Of a stretch of 64,000 nucleotides of DNA, positions 30,177-39,128 are shown piece after piece. The stretch lies in assembly GCA_963801995.1 (NCBI GenBank), contig CAWDGW010000014.1, positions 643,393 through 707,392 of the forward strand, written 5' to 3'. The stretch is from an uncultured Holophagae bacterium. Its GTDB lineage: Bacteria; Acidobacteriota; Thermoanaerobaculia; Thermoanaerobaculales; Sulfomarinibacteraceae. The notes below the pieces were generated by a model. That model had not been told where the DNA came from. It saw only the letters and a program-made list of their open reading frames with translations, and did no database searches. Position 1 is the first letter of the stretch. Each line of letters opens with the position of its first letter. Both the position numbers and the translations under genes were made by a program.

Positions 30177-30781
30177 TGACCCAATCTGACCAGCCAAGTG
30201 TGCAGTCGACCATCGTCGGCAGCTTCGAGGAGCACGGCCGTGTCATGGCCGAAGCTGCCCGGTCCCTTCCCGCGGTGCTCGAGCAGGTGGTGGAGGCGGC
30301 TGTGGGGTGCGTCAAGGGCGGGGGCAAGATTCTGGTGTGCGGCAACGGCGGCAGCGCCGCTGACGCCCAACACCTCGCCGCCGAGCTGGTGTGCCGTTTT
30401 CGGTTCGACCGGGCGGCGATTCCTGCGGTCGCACTGACCACCGACACCTCCAGCCTGACCGCGATCGCCAATGACTACGGATTCGACCGGGTCTTCGCCC
30501 GTCAAGTGGAGGCTCTGGCGCGGCGCGGCGATCTGCTGGTGGCGATCAGCACCAGCGGCAACTCGCCCAACGTGATCGAGGCGGCAGTCCAGGCGCGGGC
30601 CATGGGGTGCACGGTCGTGGCGCTCACAGGTCGCGGTGGCGGTCGGCTCGCGGAACACGCCGACTATCTTGTGGCGGCGCCGTCAGACACCGTGGCGAGG
30701 ACCCAGGAGGTGCATGAGCTCTGCATTCATGTGCTGGCCCAGGCGATGGAAGATTCCGCTCGAAAGGCCGACGAATCATGA
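30173..30781 (+). CDS. gmhA: D-sedoheptulose 7-phosphate isomerase (phosphoheptose isomerase)
   Basis: ATGA overlap with gmhB. It has the SIS-domain motifs CGNGGSAADAQHLAAEL and AISTSGNSPNV. Confidence 0.85.
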   Translation: MMTQSDQPSVQSTIVGSFEEHGRVMAEAARSLPAVLEQVVEAAVGCVKGGGKILVCGNGGSAADAQHLAAELVCRFRFDRAAIPAVALTTDTSSLTAIANDYGFDRVFARQVEALARRGDLLVAISTSGNSPNVIEAAVQARAMGCTVVALTGRGGGRLAEHADYLVAAPSDTVARTQEVHELCIHVLAQAMEDSARKADES

Positions 30782-32247
30782 CTCTCGAACAGCGTGCTGA
30801 CGGGCTCGCCGAGATCATTGGCCGCTTTCGCGGTCTGCGAGTCTGGGTTGCCGGCGACATCATGCTCGACGAGTACGTGCTCGGGGAAGTGGGTCGCATC
30901 TCCCCCGAGGCGCCGGTTCCGGTGGTCCACGTCCGGGAACGAATGTCCCGACTGGGGGGCGCCACCAACGTCGCCCGGCAGATCGCCGCCCTGGGGGCGG
31001 AGGTCAGCCTGTGTGGGGTGATCGGCACCGATGCTGCCGGTGACACCGTGCTGAGTGCGTGTGCCGAAAACGCCATCGACACCCGCGCGGTTGGCCGGCT
31101 CGAGGACACACCCACCACCCACAAGATTCGGGTGCTCGGCCACCGGCAGCAGTTGATCCGACTCGATTGGGAGCAGACCGGCCCGTGTGCTGCCGAGGTT
31201 GTGGCTGGTCTCATCGGCAGGCTGCGGGAATGCGGAGCCCCCGACGTCCTCATCCTCAGCGACTATGCCAAAGGGCTTCTCACTGATGAGAACGTGCACG
31301 CCCTGATCACCCTCGCTGGAGATAACGACGCCCCGGTCCTGGTGGACCCAAAGCGGCTGGACCTGGCCGGCTACCGTGGCGCCAACGTGGTCACGCCGAA
31401 TCTGCGCGAGCTGGAAGCAGCCACGGGGCTCGACCTGGCGAATGCCGACGACGCGACGATTGCCAAAGCCGCACGGAAGATCGTGACCGAGGGGGGGTTC
31501 CAGGCGCTGGTCGTCACTCTCGGAGAGCGCGGCATGCTGGTGGTGCCCGCCAACGGGGACCACACGACCATCCGTGCCCAGCGTCGCGCGGTCTTCGACG
31601 TCACCGGCGCCGGGGATACGGCGGTCGCCGTGCTGGCCCTCGGAATCGGCGCAGGTGCGAGGCTCGCCGATGCCGTCCGGCTGGCCAACCTGGCCGCCGG
31701 CATCGCGGTGGGGGAGGTGGGTACCGCTGCGGTGCCAGCCGCCGACCTGCTGGCCGCACTCGACGGTCGGACTCAGGGCAAGGTGATGACCCGTAGTGGG
31801 CTGGCCGCCCAGGTGGAGTCCTGGCGGATGCAGGGCAAGCGGGTGGTTTTCACCAACGGTTGCTTCGACCTGCTCCACGTTGGGCATTTGGCGCTGTTGC
31901 GGGAGGCGGCCCAATTGGGAGATGTGCTGGTGTTGGCCATCAACAGTGATGCGTCGGTCGGACGACTCAAGGGGGACGACAGGCCCCTGATGCCCCAGGC
32001 TGACCGGGCGACCCTGCTGGCGGCGTTGGACTGTGTCGATGCGGTCACCATTTTCGATGAGGAAACGCCGCTCGAAACCCTCCAGCAGGTCCGGCCGGAT
32101 ATCCTGGTCAAAGGACAGGACTATCAGATCCACGAGGTGGTGGGTCGTGAGCTGGTGGAATCCTACGGCGGCAGGGTGGAGCTCGTGGCGCTGTTGCCCG
32201 AGCGGTCCACCACCGCCTTGATCGATCGGATTCGAAAGACGAAATAG
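30778..32247 (+). CDS. hldE: Bifunctional D-beta-D-heptose 7-phosphate kinase / D-beta-D-heptose 1-phosphate adenylyltransferase
   Basis: 489 aa, with ATGA overlap with gmhA. The N-terminal part is a ribokinase-like domain (DVTGAGDT). The C-terminal part is a cytidylyltransferase domain (FTNGCFDLLHVGH). Confidence 0.85.
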   Translation: MTLEQRADGLAEIIGRFRGLRVWVAGDIMLDEYVLGEVGRISPEAPVPVVHVRERMSRLGGATNVARQIAALGAEVSLCGVIGTDAAGDTVLSACAENAIDTRAVGRLEDTPTTHKIRVLGHRQQLIRLDWEQTGPCAAEVVAGLIGRLRECGAPDVLILSDYAKGLLTDENVHALITLAGDNDAPVLVDPKRLDLAGYRGANVVTPNLRELEAATGLDLANADDATIAKAARKIVTEGGFQALVVTLGERGMLVVPANGDHTTIRAQRRAVFDVTGAGDTAVAVLALGIGAGARLADAVRLANLAAGIAVGEVGTAAVPAADLLAALDGRTQGKVMTRSGLAAQVESWRMQGKRVVFTNGCFDLLHVGHLALLREAAQLGDVLVLAINSDASVGRLKGDDRPLMPQADRATLLAALDCVDAVTIFDEETPLETLQQVRPDILVKGQDYQIHEVVGRELVESYGGRVELVALLPERSTTALIDRIRKTK

Positions 32248-32343
32248 AACTGGATTGGACCACGGCCGAGAGTGGCATGCGGAAAGGCTCCGAGTGAGGG
32301 GTCGAGGACGTTCCGGACTACAGGCTTTTCAAGGGAGGACACG

Positions 32344-32925
32344 GTGAAAAGAGGACTTGGATTTGGACTGGCGGTACTGCTGTTCGCAATGCCCGCCGCC
32401 GCGTTGGATGTCTACGTGGATTACGATCGCTCGGTGGATTTTTCGGCCTACAAGACCTTCAAGTGGGGCCGCACCCCCAACACGTCTCTGAGCGGCCAGT
32501 CCCCCTTGATGCACTCGCGGATCAAGAACGGCATCGAGTTCTACCTGGTGGAGGGCGGAAAAATCGAAGTCGATGAGGATCCTGACCTCTACGTGACCTA
32601 CCACACCTCCACCTCCGACGAAACGCAGTTTTCGATCTCGGGCATGGGCTATGGATTCAGCACCGGCTGGTCCTGGGACCCCTATTGGGGAGGTACGTCG
32701 GGAATGAGCGGTGGAGGCGCAAACACCACGACCAATGTGTCCACCTATAAGTCGGGGACACTGGTGATCGACATCTGGGATGCCAGAACCAAGAACATCG
32801 TTTGGCGGGGTACCGCAGAGTCCGCCATTCCGGAGAATCCGAAGAAGGCCGCCAAAAAGATCGAGAAGATCTTGCAGCAGATGGTCGACCGCTTTGCCAA
32901 GATGAAGGCCGAAGCGGCCAAGTAA
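32344..32925 (+). CDS. DUF4136 domain protein with signal peptide (paralog 2 of 4)
   Basis: GTG start after GGAGGA. Motifs: VYVDYDRSVDFSAYKTFKW, PDLYVTYH and GTLVIDIWDARTKNIVWRG. Confidence 0.7.
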   Translation: MKRGLGFGLAVLLFAMPAAALDVYVDYDRSVDFSAYKTFKWGRTPNTSLSGQSPLMHSRIKNGIEFYLVEGGKIEVDEDPDLYVTYHTSTSDETQFSISGMGYGFSTGWSWDPYWGGTSGMSGGGANTTTNVSTYKSGTLVIDIWDARTKNIVWRGTAESAIPENPKKAAKKIEKILQQMVDRFAKMKAEAAK

Positions 32926-32983
32926 CATGATCGCTACCGCCCAAAACTAGCAATTCGCAGCGGTGGATGGGGTGGGGGGGGGA

Positions 32984-33014
32984 AATCTTCAATTTTCAAT
33001 CTTCAATTTTCAAT
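32984..33014. repeat. Heptamer tandem repeat H1 (AATYTTC x 4.4)
   Basis: 31 nt identical to 7566-7596. It is flanked by G-runs (GGGGGGGG on the 5' side, GGGGG on the 3' side) and ends 17 nt before the CDF start codon. Confidence 0.95.
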
Positions 33015-33031
33015 CCGATAGGGGGTTGGTG

Positions 33032-33931
33032 ATGGACAAGGAACGTCGCGCGCTGACGATGTCAGTGGTGGGCGCCCTGTTCATGGCGGCGCTGGGCTTC
33101 GGATTCTTCCTCTTGACAGACTCCGAGGCTGTCCTGCTCGACGGCTTCTTCTCGCTGGTGGGATTCGTCATGGGCCTGTTGACCCTTCGGGTGGCCCGGC
33201 TGGTGACCGAACCGGGCGACGAGCACTTCCAGTTCGGCTATATGGCCTTTGAACCCATGCTCAACACGGTCAAGGGGTTCATCATCCTCGCAGTGTGCGG
33301 TTTCGCGTGCGCCTCAGCGGTGGGAGCGGTGCTGGTGGGCGGACGGCACATCAATGCAGGGTGGGGGGTGGCCTACGCCGCGATCGCCACGGTGGGGTGC
33401 TTCGCCATCGCGCTCTTCCAGTTGAGGACGGCCAAGGTCACCGGATCCCAGTTGGTGGCGGTGGACGCGCGGACGTGGCTGGTGGACGGGTTCATGAGCC
33501 TGGTTGTGGCCGCGGCGTTCGGTGTGGCCTACGCCCTCACCGGAACGCGATTCGAACACCTGGTGCCCTACGTTGACCCGGGTTTGGTAATCGCGTTGAC
33601 GATTCTCATGCTCCCCGTGCCGATTCGGATCGTGATGGGGGGAGTGGGGGAGTTGCTCATGGTGGCGCCGGAGAGGTCTGTTCGACGGGAGGTTCGGTCC
33701 CGGGTCGAAGGGGCGCTGGACGCGGCGGAGATGCCCGATCGTGTGATCCGTATGGTGCGTATCGGCCGCGAATTCTGGGTGCTCGTCCACGTGCTGGTGG
33801 ATGCTGAACGGGCGATTGGTACCGTTGCTGCGCTGGACGAGGTCCGCGCCCGGATCCGCGCTGCGGTGTCCGAGGTGGAGCCCCGGATGGTGGTGGACGT
33901 CATGTTCACGGGGAATCGTGAGTGGACATAA
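33032..33931 (+). CDS. Cation diffusion facilitator-like transporter
   Basis: 299 aa with 6 predicted TM helices and a C-terminal cytoplasmic domain (..VHVLVD..). The canonical His/Asp metal motifs are not obvious. Confidence 0.5.
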   Translation: MDKERRALTMSVVGALFMAALGFGFFLLTDSEAVLLDGFFSLVGFVMGLLTLRVARLVTEPGDEHFQFGYMAFEPMLNTVKGFIILAVCGFACASAVGAVLVGGRHINAGWGVAYAAIATVGCFAIALFQLRTAKVTGSQLVAVDARTWLVDGFMSLVVAAAFGVAYALTGTRFEHLVPYVDPGLVIALTILMLPVPIRIVMGGVGELLMVAPERSVRREVRSRVEGALDAAEMPDRVIRMVRIGREFWVLVHVLVDAERAIGTVAALDEVRARIRAAVSEVEPRMVVDVMFTGNREWT

Positions 33932-34051
33932 CTATCGGGTTTGCTGGTCGCCCAATTCCACCTCGCATGGTCAGTTTTTGCATTTCCAGAACCGACGCGA
34001 GAGCGAAGCGGAATTGGGTTGATTTTTCTGAATTTTAGTAGGCTGGTCACG

Positions 34052-34867
34052 ATGAGATCGTCCCGGATCGCAGTGCTGGTGTGTTTGGCGGTGATGGCGG
34101 TGGGTGCACCTGTCTTGGCGATGGATGAAGATGTGGATCTCGCGCTGCTCCGAAAGACTTCGGGGGCCATCATCGAGGATGCCGAAGCGAGGTCGATTCA
34201 GGTCTACCGGATCCCCATCTCCTTCCACCTTCGGCGGCTCGATGAACACCCGTGGGGATTGCGGCTCTACGTACCCCTGTCGCTGGGATCCTACGAGTTG
34301 GAAGCCATTACCGACGTGGGAGATTTTTTCACCAAGGTGCAGTCGGTCGCCATCGTTCCCGGTGTGGAGTTCCTGGTGCCGGTGGGTGATCGATGGGTGC
34401 TCAAGCCCTTTGGCGAGGTGGGTGTGGGTGACGATTCGGCCACCGGAGATCTCAGCCTGTTGTATTCGGCTGGACTCCGGGCGAGGGGTGAGTACGGGGC
34501 TCGACCCTTCGACGTCATGGTGGGCGGGGCCCTCAGATACCGCAACAACACCACCTCCCAGGCGGTCAATAACTGGTATTCGACGGTGGAATTCGGGGTC
34601 GATTCCCAGCTGCCGCTTGGGTTTTCGTTGGGATCGAAGGCAGCCAGCGGCGGGGCTTACGTGATCCTCCGTCATTACCCAAATCTGGATTTCGAGCTCA
34701 TCACCGCCGATTCGTTCTCGGTGAGATGGAATTACGAGGTCGGCCTCAGCTTTTCCACCGATCCCATCCTCAAACTGTGGTTCGTCAAGATGCCGTGGAT
34801 CGGGCTCGGCTATCGGTGGGGCGATGGCGTGCAGGGCGTTCGGCTCAACTTTAACTTCCCGTTTTAG
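34052..34867 (+). CDS. Hypothetical outer-membrane beta-barrel protein
   Basis: It has a signal peptide MRSSRIAVLVCLAVMAVGAPVLA, an alternating strand pattern, and a C-terminal ..VRLNFNFPF with terminal Phe. Confidence 0.45.
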   Translation: MRSSRIAVLVCLAVMAVGAPVLAMDEDVDLALLRKTSGAIIEDAEARSIQVYRIPISFHLRRLDEHPWGLRLYVPLSLGSYELEAITDVGDFFTKVQSVAIVPGVEFLVPVGDRWVLKPFGEVGVGDDSATGDLSLLYSAGLRARGEYGARPFDVMVGGALRYRNNTTSQAVNNWYSTVEFGVDSQLPLGFSLGSKAASGGAYVILRHYPNLDFELITADSFSVRWNYEVGLSFSTDPILKLWFVKMPWIGLGYRWGDGVQGVRLNFNFPF

Positions 34868-34886
34868 TTCTGTTGGCCGTTGCTCG

Positions 34887-35081
34887 CAATGGGTCATTCC
34901 GAACGAGGCCATAAGGCCGAGGAGGAATCTGGTCAATCTCGAGGAACGCCCGTCTCGAAACGGATCGAATTGTGTTCATTGTTGTACCCTGTCGGACTCA
35001 CATCAAGGGCACCGAATCAACTGCTGCCCCAGATTCCTCGTCGTCGCCCCGCCGGGGCTCCTCGCTCGGAATGACCCATTG
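34887..35081. repeat. 195-bp element bounded by 22-nt inverted repeats (MITE-like element or long hairpin RNA)
   Basis: CAATGGGTCATTCCGAACGAGG (34887-34908) pairs with CCTCGCTCGGAATGACCCATTG (35060-35081) at 21/22 complementary positions. An inner complementary pair GAGGAATCTGG/CCAGATTCCTC also exists. It sits between convergent gene ends. Confidence 0.7.
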
Positions 35082-35108
35082 AGGCCGTGCCTTGGGTGGG
35101 TGGTGGAA

Positions 35109-35125
35109 CTGCCAACTGCCTACTG
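35109..35125. repeat. Heptamer repeat H3 (CTGCCAA-type, 2.4 units)
   Basis: CTGCCAACTGCCTACTG overlaps the AsmA stop codon. Confidence 0.7.
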
Positions 35126-38100
35126 TCTCGCGGCCTTCTTCGCCTTCTTCTCCAGTTGTTTTTCAGCCTTCTTGAGAGCTTTCTCGCAGACCTTCTGCTC
35201 AGACGTGATCCGGTCCAACAAGCCCTGGCCGAGGATCGACAACCCACCGGTGGCCACCGCGAGGCCAGTTGACGCCGCCGCCTCGAGAGGTTTCATTTCC
35301 ATTGAGGGTTTGGACAGGGTGCCGCCGACCTTGATGTACGGGTTGACGATGAGGCTGGCGCTGACGCCGATCCCCTTGCGGGGTTTTGTGACCCAGTCAA
35401 AAGACATCTTTTCGGTTGAAAAGTCGATGTGTCCGTCTGCGAGAACGGTCAGGGTGTCGGTCTGGACCGCCAACGGATTCACGGTGGCGACGCCATCCAC
35501 GATGTCCACCACCATCACCGCACAATTGAGCATGCCGGCGGGGCTCTCGCTCGTGAACGGGTTGAGTATTTCGAGAATCCTGACAAGGACATCGACACTC
35601 AGAATGTCAACCAACGATTTCTCGATCACCCCCTCACCGGCGATCACCTTGATGCGGCCGTTCGCCGCAGCCGCCAACTCGTGAAGTGAGCCACCGGTGG
35701 TGTCGATATTGATCGCGAAATCGAAGATGGGCCAGACGCTCGGGTCGTCGTGGCTCGTGGACAGATCTACTCGGGCCTGCTCGAGGGTGTAGTCGGTCGC
35801 CACGCGGTAATCGTTGCCGACCGGTTCCAGGAGGAGGGTTCCGCGCAGCACGCCGCCATATTGACCCTTGCCCGAAACCGGATCGACCTCCAGACGCCCG
35901 TTTCTCAGCGTGCCGGTGGCCTGAATGCCGCTCAGGCTGTTGTGGGGCATGATCAGCTCATCGATGGAGACGGAGATCTCGCCATCAGCGGCGTTGAGTA
36001 TGCTCAGATTAAACGGCGTGTCGGAAAGCACGAACCCGCCCTGAGCTGAGGGCGTTTCCGGCGCTTCGGGTTGGTCAAAATCGGGCTCACTGACGGGAAA
36101 CATCTCGGCGGAATCGAGTCTGTTGGAGTGGAATGTACCGCTGAGCTCGGGCCGATCCTGCACATCGAGACGAAACGACGCCGCAAGGTCGCTCGAACCG
36201 AGAGTCGCGGTCAATTGCTCGCTCTTGAAGCGGCGGGGATTGCCGTTGAACGATCCGGCCACGCTGAAAGGAAGATCCGGAAGGGCCGCGATTTTTGCCA
36301 ACTCCGAGATCAGCAGGAGGCTTGGGCCGGTGGCTTCGACTTCGATGTCGGTGCCGATCAGTTTTGGGGGTTCACCAAGGAATCCGTCGGCGGCGGCGCG
36401 ATACTCGCCGAGTTGGACCCGAACATCATGGAATTGAAATCCCTCACCGGGCCGTTCAACCCTGCCGTTGAATCGAAACGGGGCCACCGGGATCGAGACT
36501 CCGGTTACGGCGGTGAAGAGCGAGGCGTCGGGACCGTTCACGTCGATGGTGAGGTCGGTGCCGTGGAGCTCCGGCCACCTTCCGACTGTACCGTTGATGG
36601 CGGCGCTGGCTTCTCCGAGGGTGCCGTGGAGGTCGCGCAGCTCGACAGTGGCCTCGTCGATCCGGATTCCTCCCGAGATCGATGCCGGTTTGACGGGTAG
36701 GGCCGGCAGTTCGACCAGCCCCGTGGACGATATGAGTTTCCCCACCTCGTCGAAGTGAGGCATGGTGAGCTCGATGTCCACCTCGGTTCCAACGAGAGTG
36801 GCGGTAGGCACCATCGTTCCGTTGAGAGTGAGGTTGGTGTCACCGAGCAGGGCCTGAAAGCCGTCGAATCGCAATCCTGCACCTTCGACTGCCAGGACGC
36901 CCGAAAGGGAGAGCGGGACGTCGGGAAGACTGAGCTGCTCCACAAGGCCGTCGATCGACGCGAGGCTCGGAGCGTGAGCCTCCACCGTCAACTCGGTGCC
37001 TTCGAGAGCGGGCAGGCCGCCGAGCCTGCCCGAAACCTGAGCTTCGGCGTCACCCACGTGGATCTGGACTCCGTCCAATCGGTTCCCGGAATCCACCCGC
37101 CTCAGCCGGCCCTCGATTTTGAATGGATCGTGTGGTGCCCCCTCGAGACCGAAGAGCGCCGCCGGTATCGAGATGTCCGGACCCGCGGCGACCACGTCGA
37201 GGGTCGTTCCCCTGAAATCCGGAGGTTTCCCGATTCGGCCGTCGGCGCCGACGGTGGACTCGCCAATGCTGCCCTTGACTCCCCTGAGCCGGTATCCGTT
37301 CTCCGCGACCTCCACCCCACCCTCGAGCCGGTATGGCCTGGTGGGGATACCTTCGAACCCGGCAATCGCGGCGAGCCACGACAGGTCCGGGCCCTCCGCC
37401 ATCACATCGAGTCGGGTCCCAACGTGGTCGACGGTGGTGGCGAAGCTGCCCTCGAGTCGCGCGGTGTTCGGTCCAAGGCCCACCGAAACCGCTTCGAGAG
37501 CGATCGAATCACCGTCGGGTATGAGTCGGCCGGCGGCCTCGAAGGGCAGGCTTGGAAGGTCGGTGCCAGCGAGGCCGGAGAAGGCGGCAAGATCTGGCCC
37601 TTTGGCGTCGATGTGGAGGTCGGTTCCGGCATATGTGGGTGGGTCGCCCAGACTGCCATCGACGCGAAGGCGGTTTGGACCGATTGAGGCCTCGATATTT
37701 TCGATGCCGACGCCGCTCTCCAGGCGGACCAGCCGTCCCGTCACCCGGAAACTCTCGGCGGGGAGATCGATTCCGCCGAGCAGGGCCAGGGCCGACACAT
37801 CCGGTCCAACGGCATCGAATCCGAAATCGGTGCCGAGCATGGTGGGCGGCTGGCCCAGAGTGCCGTCGAGTGAAACGGTATTGCTGCCCACCGAGGCCTC
37901 GACATTCGAAAACTCGATGGGGAATCCCTCCCAGCGGAGGTGGCCCGAGGCCGAAAACGGTTCGTCTACCACGTCTCGGATTCCGGCCAACGCGGCGACC
38001 GCCGCCATGCTGGGACCCGAGGTGCGGAACTCGAGGTCGATGATTTCGGGTGCCAGAAGGGCGTCGGTGTTTCCCGAGGCCGCCGCGGTGACTTCTCCCA

Positions 38101-38983
38101 GCGTACAGGCCAGGGAGAGGGACGACAGATCACCCGACGGCGCAGTGACGGCTTCGACGTGAAATGGGCCGGCACCAAGGCTGGGAAGGCCCAGGAGGTC
38201 GGTCATCTCGGACATTGTCGGGCCGTCCGCTGTGAGCTCGACGTCGGCGCCACGCAATGTCGCCAGGTCGCCGATCTTGCCGATCAACGCGACCTCCACG
38301 TTTCCCAGACTGAGGTCGAGGTTGTGGGACACGCTGCCGAGCGCGAGAATTTCGGCAAGGGTACCCACGCGTCCTCCGATGGTGAGGTCCGATCCGTTGA
38401 GATTGCCCTCCAGTTGAATGGCCAGCTCATCGGACGCATCCGACCGGACGTCGAGTCGATCGAGGACAAGGCTCAAGGGGCGGTCCAGCGAGGGTGTGCG
38501 AAGGTCGAGGAGGGATCCGGTAATTCCAACTCGACCCACCGATAGGCGAAGGGGACCGGAGGGTTCGCCGGGTTCGTTGTCTCCCGTCTCGAACCGCCAG
38601 TTGGCCCGGCCGTCCCCGGTGGTCTCGAGCAGTACCGTGGCGCCGTCGATCTCCAGCTCGTTGATCCGGGTTGGTTTGAAGATCAGTGAGGCAAGGTTGA
38701 TCTCCAGCGCCAGTCGGTCGACGGCGACCATCGACGGCTCTTCAGTCCACTCCGGGTTGGCGAGGGTGATTTTGGTGGCCTTGATCCTCGAATCGAAACC
38801 GAAGTCGACTTCGAAGTCGCCGGCGATGCGGACCTCTCTTCCGGTTGCGTCCGTGAGCAGGTTCTCGACCGTGCCCCGATACCGGCCAAGATCGCCGAAG
38901 TTCAGATAGAGAAGGGCCAGAAGAACGACCGCCAGGAAGAGTCCGGCGCTGATGGCGAGGGCAATCAGGAGTTTGCGGGGCAT
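35120..38983 (-). CDS. AsmA family protein (large envelope-spanning protein)
   Basis: The start is MPRKLLIALAISAGLFLAVVLL.., followed by YRGTVENLLTDATGREVRIAGDFEVDFG (AsmA N-terminus). A long repetitive beta-rich body follows. 1288 aa. The 5' 315 nt of the ORF-track entry is rejected. Confidence 0.75.
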   Translation of the reverse strand: MPRKLLIALAISAGLFLAVVLLALLYLNFGDLGRYRGTVENLLTDATGREVRIAGDFEVDFGFDSRIKATKITLANPEWTEEPSMVAVDRLALEINLASLIFKPTRINELEIDGATVLLETTGDGRANWRFETGDNEPGEPSGPLRLSVGRVGITGSLLDLRTPSLDRPLSLVLDRLDVRSDASDELAIQLEGNLNGSDLTIGGRVGTLAEILALGSVSHNLDLSLGNVEVALIGKIGDLATLRGADVELTADGPTMSEMTDLLGLPSLGAGPFHVEAVTAPSGDLSSLSLACTLGEVTAAASGNTDALLAPEIIDLEFRTSGPSMAAVAALAGIRDVVDEPFSASGHLRWEGFPIEFSNVEASVGSNTVSLDGTLGQPPTMLGTDFGFDAVGPDVSALALLGGIDLPAESFRVTGRLVRLESGVGIENIEASIGPNRLRVDGSLGDPPTYAGTDLHIDAKGPDLAAFSGLAGTDLPSLPFEAAGRLIPDGDSIALEAVSVGLGPNTARLEGSFATTVDHVGTRLDVMAEGPDLSWLAAIAGFEGIPTRPYRLEGGVEVAENGYRLRGVKGSIGESTVGADGRIGKPPDFRGTTLDVVAAGPDISIPAALFGLEGAPHDPFKIEGRLRRVDSGNRLDGVQIHVGDAEAQVSGRLGGLPALEGTELTVEAHAPSLASIDGLVEQLSLPDVPLSLSGVLAVEGAGLRFDGFQALLGDTNLTLNGTMVPTATLVGTEVDIELTMPHFDEVGKLISSTGLVELPALPVKPASISGGIRIDEATVELRDLHGTLGEASAAINGTVGRWPELHGTDLTIDVNGPDASLFTAVTGVSIPVAPFRFNGRVERPGEGFQFHDVRVQLGEYRAAADGFLGEPPKLIGTDIEVEATGPSLLLISELAKIAALPDLPFSVAGSFNGNPRRFKSEQLTATLGSSDLAASFRLDVQDRPELSGTFHSNRLDSAEMFPVSEPDFDQPEAPETPSAQGGFVLSDTPFNLSILNAADGEISVSIDELIMPHNSLSGIQATGTLRNGRLEVDPVSGKGQYGGVLRGTLLLEPVGNDYRVATDYTLEQARVDLSTSHDDPSVWPIFDFAINIDTTGGSLHELAAAANGRIKVIAGEGVIEKSLVDILSVDVLVRILEILNPFTSESPAGMLNCAVMVVDIVDGVATVNPLAVQTDTLTVLADGHIDFSTEKMSFDWVTKPRKGIGVSASLIVNPYIKVGGTLSKPSMEMKPLEAAASTGLAVATGGLSILGQGLLDRITSEQKVCEKALKKAEKQLEKKAKKAARQ

Positions 38984-39128
38984 ATCGATCTCCGATTTCT
39001 TGAAACAGACGATATCACTTCGGAGCAGGTGCTCGCCGGTTCGTTGGGCCGATGTGATCAGAGGGTCCCCGGGCTGTCCGGACCGACTGAAATCCACGCT
39101 GATAGACTTCGGATTCGAGGAGGCTGAA

